The notes below the pieces were generated by a model. The model made no database searches. It worked only from the letters and a program-made list of their open reading frames with translations, and was not told the DNA's origin. This document shows positions 34,125 through 43,008 of a DNA stretch of 64,000 nucleotides, piece by piece. The stretch spans positions 1 to 64,000 of the IMG/VR virus record IMGVR_UViG_2974574300_000001; one strand, written 5' to 3'. The DNA comes from a virus. Taxonomy: Duplodnaviria > Heunggongvirae > Uroviricota > Caudoviricetes. The number at the start of each line of letters is the position of its first letter. Position 1 is the first letter of the stretch. The position numbers and the translations under genes were made by a program.

Positions 34125-35231
34125 TTATTCGTAATCTCGAATAACTAGCCCAACAGGGAACTGTAAAGACCCCTTACGAGTCATCTTCTGGAACTGAACC
34201 GTCAAAGGTTTCCCGATAAACTCTTCAGGATGCTCAGCAAGATACTGTTTCTTCTCATGAGTAGTTTTCCATGAGACATCTACAAAGACGTTAGGAAGAG
34301 TCTCTACAACGAACTTGCCATGACCACGTTTATCGGTCTTTACACCAGTCACTTTAAACTCTTCAGTGTGCATCTTCTTGTGCTTAATCAAGAAGTAGGA
34401 ACGGTGACCACACTCGTAGAAAGATTCTTCAGAGATTGAGCGGTACATTGCACCTTCAAACTTAGCTTCAACCCACTTATCATGAGCTTCATCAAACTCT
34501 TCCCAAGAATTTACACGACGAGACTTAACAGGAACAACTTTACAGCCGTCTCTAAAGTCATTCAATGGTGAAGTCTCAATAATATCTCTACGCTCAGGCC
34601 ACGTCTTAGTACTGTCACAGATATCATACCAGTAAAACTTGAGTAGATGTCGGTCAGGATTGTCTTCATTTTTAATCATGGAGACAATATCTTCTAAGTC
34701 CAACCCATGAGCATAGATTTCACCATCAAATTCATCAACATCTTTATGGAGCCTCAACATTGCCATAATGTCAGGTATTAGCTCAGTAGGAATTTTATAA
34801 ATAGTGTTCTCACGAGAATATGCTGTAAATACACTGCCAATACTTAAGTGTCTTGAAATTCTACAACGGACACCATCAAGTTTTGGTTGAGCATCAGCAG
34901 GGAACTTCAGATACTTTGCATGGCTAACCTTTGCAGCATCATGAGCAAGCTGTACACCTACCTTCTCAGTATTCTGTGCAGACTCTTTTGTGTAAGCGTA
35001 ACCTTTACGGTCTACTTGTTTCTTGTACTTAGCAGAAACTTCAAAGAGAGCTTGCTGTTCAGCGTTACGCTCATTCTTTTTACCGATGTTCTTAGGCTCT
35101 GCTGTGTACTCTTCAAACATCATCTTGCCATTTTCTTTACCGTAGGTTGTAATAACTTTGTCACCTACAGCAACACATGACCAGACGTTAAAAGAGCCGT
35201 CTTTATTTTGTTTGTATAGGATTGTCATTTT
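34125..35231 (-). CDS. ATP-dependent DNA ligase
   Basis: adenylation motif KLDGVR (KxDG); size typical of T7-type ligases. Confidence 0.8.
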   Translation of the reverse strand, partial: KMTILYKQNKDGSFNVWSCVAVGDKVITTYGKENGKMMFEEYTAEPKNIGKKNERNAEQQALFEVSAKYKKQVDRKGYAYTKESAQNTEKVGVQLAHDAAKVSHAKYLKFPADAQPKLDGVRCRISRHLSIGSVFTAYSRENTIYKIPTELIPDIMAMLRLHKDVDEFDGEIYAHGLDLEDIVSMIKNEDNPDRHLLKFYWYDICDSTKTWPERRDIIETSPLNDFRDGCKVVPVKSRRVNSWEEFDEAHDKWVEAKFEGAMYRSISEESFYECGHRSYFLIKHKKMHTEEFKVTGVKTDKRGHGKFVVETLPNVFVDVSWKTTHEKKQYLAEHPEEFIGKPLTVQFQKMTRKGSLQFPVGLVIRDYE

Positions 35232-35421
35232 ATTCCTCTGAGTGATACCAAGTATTGCAAGCATTACATGCGTAAAGCTCTAAGTCATTTTTATCTGGTT
35301 TGTGGAAACAGTTGGCTCCGCAGTGGCAACGAAATGGCTTTCCACCAACTGTCAGGATGAAGGACTGAACCTTTCCATCAGGAGTTCGTACAGCATTTTT
35401 ATGCTTATCTTCTTTGTTCAT
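35230..35421 (-). CDS. small zinc-ribbon protein
   Basis: CHCGANC...CNACNTW cysteine motifs. Confidence 0.4.
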   Translation of the reverse strand: MNKEDKHKNAVRTPDGKVQSFILTVGGKPFRCHCGANCFHKPDKNDLELYACNACNTWYHSEE

Positions 35422-35624
35422 TTTCTCTTACCACCAATCTCTACGTCGATAACTTGAACATCGCCAGCAACATCAAACTTATGAATGATGCTTTCAACAG
35501 TGTAAGTCCAACCATCAATGCGAACCAGCTCACCTTCTCGTGGAACTATTGGATTACGTTGAGCTACGGTTGTAGTGGAGTGAACAGCATCATAACAGTA
35601 GATATAGTTTACTAGGACTTCCAT
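35418..35624 (-). CDS. hypothetical protein
   Basis: ORF trimmed to ATG with GAGGT RBS to avoid overlap with lipoprotein gene. Confidence 0.35.
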   Translation of the reverse strand: MEVLVNYIYCYDAVHSTTTVAQRNPIVPREGELVRIDGWTYTVESIIHKFDVAGDVQVIDVEIGGKRK

Positions 35625-35634
35625 CGTGAAAACC

Positions 35635-35892
35635 TCACTCAATAACCGTAGTATGTGATTCCCCATTTTTGCCATAGCTGTAAGATGTTGTTGTTTGAGA
35701 GTTTGGGCATCTGACAACAACAATATCTCTGCTTATAGCATCACCATGTAACTTGTATACTCTGCAATCTTGCATCTCTGGTGGGAGGCTGTAAGAAGCA
35801 TTTTTATCTTCATAAGAAGGGTTGCAGCCAGATAGAAAAATTACTCCAAGTGCAACCATTGCTTTCACACAACTCTTAACCTTATTGTTCAC
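35635..35892 (-). CDS. small lipoprotein
   Basis: signal peptide with lipobox LSGC. Confidence 0.5.
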   Translation of the reverse strand: MNNKVKSCVKAMVALGVIFLSGCNPSYEDKNASYSLPPEMQDCRVYKLHGDAISRDIVVVRCPNSQTTTSYSYGKNGESHTTVIE

Positions 35893-36024
35893 GATAGTCT
35901 ACCTCTCTGTATGTTTTTAAATAGTGAGTGATGAGTTCTGGTAATTCACTACGTTTAACGTTTGAACGAAGAAGTGTCCAGTCAAAACCTTTACCAACCC
36001 TTCCCCAGAGACTGTACATTTTCT

Positions 36025-36258
36025 TCATAGCAACTCCAGAATATCAATACGTTCACCTTTGAGTACTCCAGTACGGTCTCTTGCAATCTTACCATCAACA
36101 ATAAGAATGTGCGCAGACTTTAAAGCCTCACGATTAAAACCTTTTACGAACTTACTAGGCATCACTACAATGTACATCTCCTGAATCAACTCTGGAGTAT
36201 AGCAATTGTCATGAAGTTGCTGAATAACGTCTGCAAGTGTCATTTTTGATGTCTCCAA
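36025..36258 (-). CDS. hypothetical protein
   Basis: ORF. Confidence 0.4.
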   Translation of the reverse strand: METSKMTLADVIQQLHDNCYTPELIQEMYIVVMPSKFVKGFNREALKSAHILIVDGKIARDRTGVLKGERIDILELL

Positions 36259-36449
36259 TACTCAATGTCAATAAGTTCTTGTGCAATGCTTTTCAGATTA
36301 CCTTTCAAGAAAACCTTCTCAGAACCTGAAAGAGATGAATTGTCAATTAACCTGTTCATCCTCTCAAACAACTTCTGCTTACGGTTCTTGATAGTTTCCT
36401 TTGAAGCACCTTTCATCATTGCTGCATGGGTTCTTCCACGGTGGCTCAT
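36240..36449 (-). CDS. hypothetical protein
   Basis: ORF. Confidence 0.4.
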   Translation of the reverse strand: MSHRGRTHAAMMKGASKETIKNRKQKLFERMNRLIDNSSLSGSEKVFLKGNLKSIAQELIDIEYWRHQK

Positions 36450-36500
36450 AAGCCCTCCTATATAAGATACAGTATAAGGTACTCTTCCCTGAGCACCTTG

Positions 36501-37016
36501 TCAACTTAGTTTTGCAAACTCTCCGTGGAGTTTAATAGCAGCTTCACAGTAAGCTTTATGGGCTTCTTCTTCCGTTGTGTATGTTCCTATATGTATAGTC
36601 TTGCCATTATGGTTAATCTGGGCTATCCACTTACCAGACTTGCTTCTACTTGTACCTTTTAAGTTTTTTGATGTTCTGGGTTGTCTCCTATTAGACATGT
36701 TCTGCTCTTTTGTGGCCTCTCTTAGATTGTCCCAAGCGTTATTCAAACCATCTCCATCTTTGTGGTCAATGTGTTTATCAGGCCACTTACCTGTCATCCA
36801 GAACCAAGCAATTCGGTGATTACCTGTCCTGTATCCTAAAATCTGTGTGTGCATATACACACCAGACCTTGTGCGCTTAATTGCTCCGGCTTGGCTTCCA
36901 ATGACCACCCTACTACTATGTGGAGGTCTCCCAATCCATGTTAAGACCCCTGTTTCGGGGTCATAATCTAACCAAGACTTTAACTGTTCATGTGTGAATC
37001 CACAATCTCTCATCAA
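36501..37016 (-). CDS. HNH homing endonuclease with AP2-like DNA-binding domain
   Basis: HIDHKDGDGLNNAWDNLREAT HNH motif and C-terminal GKWIAQI...GTYTTEEEAHKAY AP2-like domain; paralogs at 47411 and 60835. Confidence 0.75.
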   Translation of the reverse strand: MMRDCGFTHEQLKSWLDYDPETGVLTWIGRPPHSSRVVIGSQAGAIKRTRSGVYMHTQILGYRTGNHRIAWFWMTGKWPDKHIDHKDGDGLNNAWDNLREATKEQNMSNRRQPRTSKNLKGTSRSKSGKWIAQINHNGKTIHIGTYTTEEEAHKAYCEAAIKLHGEFAKLS

Positions 37017-37567
37017 TGTACCTCATACCAGCTCTTACCAACTTTACCAGTACCAGTTACAAGCGTTTCCTCCTTAAGACCTAAGTTTCTTGATGCCTGA
37101 CCATACATCCAGTCAATTACTGCTTTAACATCCTGTGTCATCTCTTCTGGGCACTCCCAACTATTCTCGTCGTGGTATGCTAAAAGCAATCTAGCACCAA
37201 TAGCTGGTTTTCGACCATTCAGCTTTGTAAGACCCTCTTCACAAGCCCTTCTACAAGCAAGGTTGATAGCTTCATTCTGAACCTGACTTTCCGAACCCAT
37301 GAGCAAGTAATTTAAAAGTTTGTGCGGAGATTTACACCACAACCATGCACCTGCTACCTTTACAAAACCACCCTTAGAGATTGCAGCAGTCTTACCAAAC
37401 ACCTCTTCAAGAGCCTTCTTAGTGGCTTTGAAGTCTGCTTCCAAATTATCTATCAACTTTTTAATCTTAGGAAGGCGTACAAAGTAAGTTTGCTTAGTTA
37501 AAGCACCCTCTTCAGTAGTTGCAGCTTTAATCGTCTTAGCAAACTTCTCGTCACCTGCCCCAAACAA
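37013..37567 (-). CDS. DNA polymerase (family A, T7-like), 3' exon
   Basis: begins with FGAGDEK continuing motif B; contains motif C LLAYHDE. Confidence 0.8.
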   Translation of the reverse strand: MFGAGDEKFAKTIKAATTEEGALTKQTYFVRLPKIKKLIDNLEADFKATKKALEEVFGKTAAISKGGFVKVAGAWLWCKSPHKLLNYLLMGSESQVQNEAINLACRRACEEGLTKLNGRKPAIGARLLLAYHDENSWECPEEMTQDVKAVIDWMYGQASRNLGLKEETLVTGTGKVGKSWYEVH

Positions 37568-37569
37568 TA

Positions 37570-38370
37570 CATCTGGTCAATACACTCGCAAGGTGTACCA
37601 GTTCTCTTATGAACTTCTCCGCATTTCTACGGAGTGTCGGACTATATCACGTAGCAGTGCTGCTACCGTTGCGCTTGGGATGGTCATTAGCTTACCACCC
37701 TACTCTACTCAGTTCATACGTTAAGTATGCTTTTCGATAGTCTCTGAACGTTTCTCTGTTAGGAATCTCTATAATCATGTTATTTACTCAGGTAGTCAAT
37801 TGCCCTTTGCATATTATCAACGCTATCTGCAAGCAACCCCAAAGCTCTATTGCAATTGTGGCACAACATACCTCTTACTTTTCCGGTTTTGTGGTCATGG
37901 TCAACGACAAGTTTAGCCTTATGCCGTGAGCTATTCATGATAAAACCTTCACCGCCACAAATTTGACATTTGTAATCACAGTTACGAAGTAGGGTTTCAA
38001 CCTCTTCTCTTTCTAAACCATATGTTCTCAGGTAGTAATTCTTAACTCTACCTTTCTCTCCGCAATGCGAAGAACAATAAACTTGCCTTGCTGTTCTAGG
38101 CATGAACACCTTCTCACAGCTAGGACATTTCTTAGTAAGAACCCTATGTTCTGCTCTTCTGTCAAATTTTAATACGCAACTTCTGCACCGTTTTTGATTG
38201 TATTGGTATGGTTTAAACTCTGCACCACACTCAGTACACAATCTCTCTTTGTAACCTGCCATTGTCTCTCTCCTTTGTTTTAGGAGTCCTAACAGAGACT
38301 TCGCTGCTGATTACCATGTCTTTACAGACTTAGGCTTCCAGCAATTCACAACGTTTTACATGCGCCACTG
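37570..38370 (-). mobile_element. group I intron (putative) in DNA polymerase gene
   Basis: about 800 nt separating polymerase motif B halves (IYA.. | ..FGAGDEK); boundaries compatible with exon ending in U and intron ending in G; carries HNH ORF. Confidence 0.6.
37780..38262 (-). CDS. intron-encoded HNH endonuclease (endonuclease VII-like with zinc ribbon)
   Basis: DHDHKTGKVRGMLCHNCNRALG HNH/EndoVII signature plus CxxC pairs. Confidence 0.75.
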   Translation of the reverse strand: MAGYKERLCTECGAEFKPYQYNQKRCRSCVLKFDRRAEHRVLTKKCPSCEKVFMPRTARQVYCSSHCGEKGRVKNYYLRTYGLEREEVETLLRNCDYKCQICGGEGFIMNSSRHKAKLVVDHDHKTGKVRGMLCHNCNRALGLLADSVDNMQRAIDYLSK

Positions 38371-40513
38371 ACGCATAAATACCATTCTTGGCTTTCTTAC
38401 GACCCTTACTAATTTCTTGAAGAAGGTTTGTATCCTGAGTAGCTCGACAAGTCAAGATATCTTCCTCTTTATTAAGGCTGAAGTAGATACTATTTAAAGT
38501 ATGTGCATCAGTTCCTGAGTACACCACGTACAAGTCATTTTCCGAATCATAATGCAAATACTTGTCAATCTCTGGGTTTAGATACTGGTCAAAATGTTTA
38601 CAATAGTATCTACCATCCTCTTGTTTGACAAACTCAACCTCTTCTTTACCCTCTGTCACTGCTTTGGTGAACTCTTTATCACCCATAAAGTTACACAGCA
38701 GTACAAGTTGCGCGCTATTCATATCTGCTGAAACAATATTAGTCCCTTCTTCACAAGTCCACACCTCCCGCATAGGTGCTCCATAGACAGCAGCACCAGA
38801 TGGTACGTTTACAATACCATATTGTGTCATACGCCCAGTTGAAGTACCAAACACCATTGCACCAGCACTAAGGCGACCATCAGGACGAATCTGGTTCAAC
38901 CAACCTTTTTCATCATCCTTTGAGTTCTCAATAGTTCTGCGTCTGTGCATCAAAGTATAGTATTTAGCAATCTTCTGTCCAAGCTCACCTTCAATCGTAT
39001 CATAAGATGATTCAGTAAGTTTTGGCGAAGTACGGATTAAGCAAGGCTCAAGCAAATCTGTGTACTTCTTCACAGACCAGTTATGCTCAATGTACTGGAC
39101 ACCTTCATGTTCAACATAACTCAAACCACACCGCTCAACCATTTCCTGCCACTTAGGATGTTTTGTAATCATCTTTTTATTGTCTTTGAAACGACAAACT
39201 TTGACAGGACGACCATCTGAGTCTTTCTTGTAGTTCCAGTCATCTGGAATCCAACCAACTGATTTCAAGTAGTCTTTAACAACTGCTACCTGAGTCATAC
39301 GAGAAACTTCGAACTCAATTGGTGTATATGGTGCATCAATCAAACCTGTGTAGCGACTTGACTCAAGTTCAAAGTGGTTAACGACGTGGCTGTTATAGTA
39401 CTTCACAGTTTTGACTGTTTTTACTGGTTTCCAGTCTTTGCATTTCTTACCAATCTTTGCGTTCAACTCATTGCAAATTGCACGAGCATCCTTCATTGCT
39501 ACAAAGCCTTCCTTGTACTCTTCACCAGTTACAGTGTTGGTTGGTGTATAGCAATTTCTCTTTTCAATGTTAAAAATCTTTGTAGTTGGCTTACCAAATG
39601 GCTTGATTTCATAAGTTTGCATCTCACCGTTACGTACCTGCTGACGATACTTTGTTTTAGGGTACTTGGTAATTCTCTTCAGTCCATCTGCATGACCAAA
39701 TGTTTCAACATACTCATTCCAAGCTTTTGCAAACTCTTCTCCAGTGACTTTACCTTTGGTCTTAATAGTTGGAGGAAGATGTGGTTCAACCTCTGAAGCA
39801 AGCTCATTAGTCAACTTGTCAAGTTCCTTCACATGGAACTCCATAAGCTCTTTATCAGCTTTCCAACCATTGATAGCTTGTTGACTCATCCAGAAAGATG
39901 TTTCTTTAGCTCGCATGTAGGTTTCATAAGTGTCTATGCCACACTTCTTAAGCTTGAGATACTCATTATCAAGTGCCCGTTTAGTTTTGGCGTTAATACG
40001 GATATCTTCTACAACACGAGTGAAGATTTCTGCATTCCACACACCCCAATGCTCAATCTCTGGTTTACGAACACCAACACGAGCACCCCATGCAGCCAAA
40101 CCATGAGCACCTTTATAACCCTTTGGAGTTGGTCTATCCATCCACTGAACACGAGACTGGATAAGAGAATCCTGAAAGAAATTACTCCACGGCTTACATT
40201 TTGGATTATCAAAGTTCCATAAATCCGGTGCAATGTGATTGAAGACCCACCAGTCATAACCGAGGCCGTTATGGATACAAAGTCGTTTTGCCTTTAACGC
40301 AAACTCAACACCTTCACGTAAACCACCCTTAATGTACTTAGTGTACTTGTGACCGAGGATAGGCTCATCTGTAAAGACCCATACAGGTGGCTCTTCATCG
40401 TCAGATTTATAGTCTGCAAAGGCCATTACGTGAACTTTAGTGAACTCAAGGAGTAAACCATCAGTTTCTGTATCACCAACCAAATGTAAGTTTTTAAAAT
40501 CTACGTTTTCCAT
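38330..40513 (-). CDS. DNA polymerase (family A, T7-like), 5' exon with 3'-5' exonuclease domain
   Basis: exo motif GDTETDG, HNGLGYDW, and motif B start RKKAKNGIYA at the ORF end; reading frame continues into intron to stop at 38330. Confidence 0.85.
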   Translation of the reverse strand: MENVDFKNLHLVGDTETDGLLLEFTKVHVMAFADYKSDDEEPPVWVFTDEPILGHKYTKYIKGGLREGVEFALKAKRLCIHNGLGYDWWVFNHIAPDLWNFDNPKCKPWSNFFQDSLIQSRVQWMDRPTPKGYKGAHGLAAWGARVGVRKPEIEHWGVWNAEIFTRVVEDIRINAKTKRALDNEYLKLKKCGIDTYETYMRAKETSFWMSQQAINGWKADKELMEFHVKELDKLTNELASEVEPHLPPTIKTKGKVTGEEFAKAWNEYVETFGHADGLKRITKYPKTKYRQQVRNGEMQTYEIKPFGKPTTKIFNIEKRNCYTPTNTVTGEEYKEGFVAMKDARAICNELNAKIGKKCKDWKPVKTVKTVKYYNSHVVNHFELESSRYTGLIDAPYTPIEFEVSRMTQVAVVKDYLKSVGWIPDDWNYKKDSDGRPVKVCRFKDNKKMITKHPKWQEMVERCGLSYVEHEGVQYIEHNWSVKKYTDLLEPCLIRTSPKLTESSYDTIEGELGQKIAKYYTLMHRRRTIENSKDDEKGWLNQIRPDGRLSAGAMVFGTSTGRMTQYGIVNVPSGAAVYGAPMREVWTCEEGTNIVSADMNSAQLVLLCNFMGDKEFTKAVTEGKEEVEFVKQEDGRYYCKHFDQYLNPEIDKYLHYDSENDLYVVYSGTDAHTLNSIYFSLNKEEDILTCRATQDTNLLQEISKGRKKAKNGIYASVAHVKRCELLEA

Positions 40514-40709
40514 TTTTACTCCCTCTAAAATCATTAACCCCATACATTACTGCAAAAAATTATAAAAAGCAAGTTGACAATACACTTGACAAGGTGTTAA
40601 TCTTTGCGAAGTGGGTTTTTACTTAAAAGGTTACTTAACAGTTTAACTATACAGATACTTTAAAACTCTTAAAAGATTATTTAATAGCTTTTAAAAAGCT
40701 TTAAAGTAT

Positions 40710-40726
40710 AACGTATAGAATACGTT
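40710..40726. promoter_or_regulatory. palindromic operator-like site in divergent intergenic region
   Basis: AACGTAT-AGA-ATACGTT inverted repeat between divergent replication operons. Confidence 0.4.
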
Positions 40727-40769
40727 AAGATAAAAGATTAAACTTAATAGTTACTTAAAAGAGGCTTAC

Positions 40770-41192
40770 ATGCAGAAAATGTTTGTTCACCCAGACATAG
40801 CTGACTTTGTTAGAGCTTTGCAGAAGTTGGAAGAACTTGACATTGCTGCTCAACGGGAATATGCTCACCATCACAGGAGAATGGTTGATATACAACATGA
40901 AATAGAGTTGTCTGAAAACTATGAAGATGACTTAAAATGCTCTGTATTTGAGCATATGAAAGATGTTGCTACAGCGAGACGTAAAGCTAAAGACACAGTT
41001 GCTTTACTAGATTCTCTTAAAAAGAGGTTGCAAAGTGGTACAGACCTGTGTAATCTAGCGTCACTGATTAACGATGTTGAAACTTCTTGGGATAGGCACT
41101 ATTATCCACGTTCTGAAAAGACACTTGACTTTTCTTCATCCGAAAACTTAAAATGTTCTAGAAAGAAACTTAACCAACTGAGAGAGAAATAA
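40770..41192 (+). CDS. hypothetical protein
   Basis: ORF. Confidence 0.45.
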   Translation: MQKMFVHPDIADFVRALQKLEELDIAAQREYAHHHRRMVDIQHEIELSENYEDDLKCSVFEHMKDVATARRKAKDTVALLDSLKKRLQSGTDLCNLASLINDVETSWDRHYYPRSEKTLDFSSSENLKCSRKKLNQLREK

Positions 41193-41193
41193 T

Positions 41194-41994
41194 ATGAATA
41201 TCGATGTAGAAAAGATGCTTGAAGAAAAAGGTATTGACGAAGCGTTCTTAATCAATGCTGTAGAAAGCATGGCTATGATTCTTCGTGGTAACAACTACAC
41301 AGAACAGTTTATGCCTGCAAGCTATAACTTGCCTGAAGACAAGTCTGATAACGGTGCTTTTGCAGAACAGGTTAACATGATGTTGACAGACACTACACTT
41401 GCTCTAGCATCTATTGCTGTTGGTGTTGATGCACTTGCTGAGTTTATTTTTTATGAAATGCAAAAGAATGACTATATCAGGATGTCAGACGAAGATAAGG
41501 AACTGTTACTGACTAAGGATACTGATTTCCTTATTGACATGCTTATCTCATCAACAAGTGTTGTTATGGCTGCGCTTGAGAAGCGTATGGAAGAAAAGCT
41601 GTCACGATATGAAAAGCTTGATTGGGGCGTAGAAGAATTAAGCCCACGAATCAAAGAGATTATCCAGCAAACTAAAAAGTCTTTGGAAGAAGCTGTTGAA
41701 AATGACTCTGTAGCTGATATAGAGCCACTTCAGGTGAAAGTTGCGCTAATGATTCCAGCTATCTCTACGATGATGAATATCGTTGCACTAATCCAACTTT
41801 CACAGATGATGGGTATGAGTATTGAGTTCATTGAGGAGATGACTGGTGGTGTTAGTATGCAAGCAATCAATGATGTTTTGGTGAATATTGGTGCTTCAAT
41901 CATTGAAGAGAAACTACGCATTAACTTCGGTGATGATTTTGTGAAGCAACTCTCAGCTATGGCTGAAAAAGAGTCTGCTGAGCAACTGCACTAA
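41194..41994 (+). CDS. hypothetical protein
   Basis: ORF. Confidence 0.45.
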   Translation: MNIDVEKMLEEKGIDEAFLINAVESMAMILRGNNYTEQFMPASYNLPEDKSDNGAFAEQVNMMLTDTTLALASIAVGVDALAEFIFYEMQKNDYIRMSDEDKELLLTKDTDFLIDMLISSTSVVMAALEKRMEEKLSRYEKLDWGVEELSPRIKEIIQQTKKSLEEAVENDSVADIEPLQVKVALMIPAISTMMNIVALIQLSQMMGMSIEFIEEMTGGVSMQAINDVLVNIGASIIEEKLRINFGDDFVKQLSAMAEKESAEQLH

Positions 41995-42011
41995 GCCTTT
42001 ATAAATCTTAC

Positions 42012-42037
42012 AAGCCTCCTTAGTTGGGGGCTTTTTA
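42012..42037 (+). terminator. rho-independent terminator
   Basis: AAGCCTCC-TTAGTT-GGGGGCTT hairpin followed by TTTTT. Confidence 0.55.
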
Positions 42038-42055
42038 GTAATTAATGGAGATAAA

Positions 42056-42799
42056 ATGAGTAAAATCATCGCATTTACTGGAAAGGCACGTTCTGGAAAA
42101 GACACCTCGTGCTCTATTGTGAAGAACATCTTAGAGGATGAGTACGGCTACAATGTTGCAGTAATGGCCTATGCAGACAACCTTAAGCTATCTGCATCAA
42201 AGATATTTGACCTGACTTGGAATGACCTGTATGGTGAAACTAAAGAGACTCCACAGGTTTTTGACTTATCATATCCTGAACTGATGTCAAAAGTTACGGA
42301 AGCTATGGAGTTCACCTTCAGAGATGAACGTTACCATATGGACTTCAAGCTTATGTCAGAGTTAACCGGACGATTGATTATGGAGCTTAAGAAGGTCGCT
42401 AAACCAACTCTATTGACACGTCTGGGATTTAGCAAGAAGTATAAATTCTCATCAAGACAAATTCAACAGATTTGGGGTACTGAAGTTATCCGTAAAGTTA
42501 TGGGTGACAAATTCTGGGCTAAAGACCTTGAAAAAAGAATGGTTAGATTCTATGAAATGTGCTCACTTAGAAATCAATATGGTTTTGTCTTAATCAGTGA
42601 TTTAAGATTTGACTCTGAAGCTGAATGGCTGAGTAGATTTGCACACCAAACTATTGAAGTAAAAAGAGACAATGTGGACAAAGTTTCATCACATGTTTCA
42701 GAAAATGGGATTTCTACAAAATATGAGCGTGACATTATTCATAATAATGGTACTCTTGCAGACCTTGAGAACAAGCTAAGAGCCATCATTAAAGTTTAA
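42056..42799 (+). CDS. deoxynucleoside monophosphate kinase (T4 gp1-like)
   Basis: N-terminal P-loop IAFTGKARSGKDT resembling T4 dNMP kinase. Confidence 0.65.
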   Translation: MSKIIAFTGKARSGKDTSCSIVKNILEDEYGYNVAVMAYADNLKLSASKIFDLTWNDLYGETKETPQVFDLSYPELMSKVTEAMEFTFRDERYHMDFKLMSELTGRLIMELKKVAKPTLLTRLGFSKKYKFSSRQIQQIWGTEVIRKVMGDKFWAKDLEKRMVRFYEMCSLRNQYGFVLISDLRFDSEAEWLSRFAHQTIEVKRDNVDKVSSHVSENGISTKYERDIIHNNGTLADLENKLRAIIKV

Positions 42800-42807
42800 A
42801 AGAGAGA

Positions 42808-43008
42808 ATGAAGATGAGAGTAAAAGACAATTTTAAAGTTATTGACCACCGTTTAGTGGAACTCTCATCTCTTTCCAATGAGGTAATGATTGAACGTCTT
42901 AAGAGAGTTGAATCACGAAGGAAAGAGATTGCAGATGAAATTCATGAACTGGACAAGATTGAAAATGGATTGAAGGCAGAACTACAACGAAGAGGTGCTA
43001 ATGTCTAA
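42808..43008 (+). CDS. hypothetical protein
   Basis: ORF. Confidence 0.4.
   Translation: MKMRVKDNFKVIDHRLVELSSLSNEVMIERLKRVESRRKEIADEIHELDKIENGLKAELQRRGANV

Noticed and set aside
39374-40222. Plus-strand ORFs 39374-39796 and 39833-40222 inside the DNA polymerase gene
   Set aside because: Antisense to a well-supported polymerase ORF with conserved motifs; no RBS or motifs.
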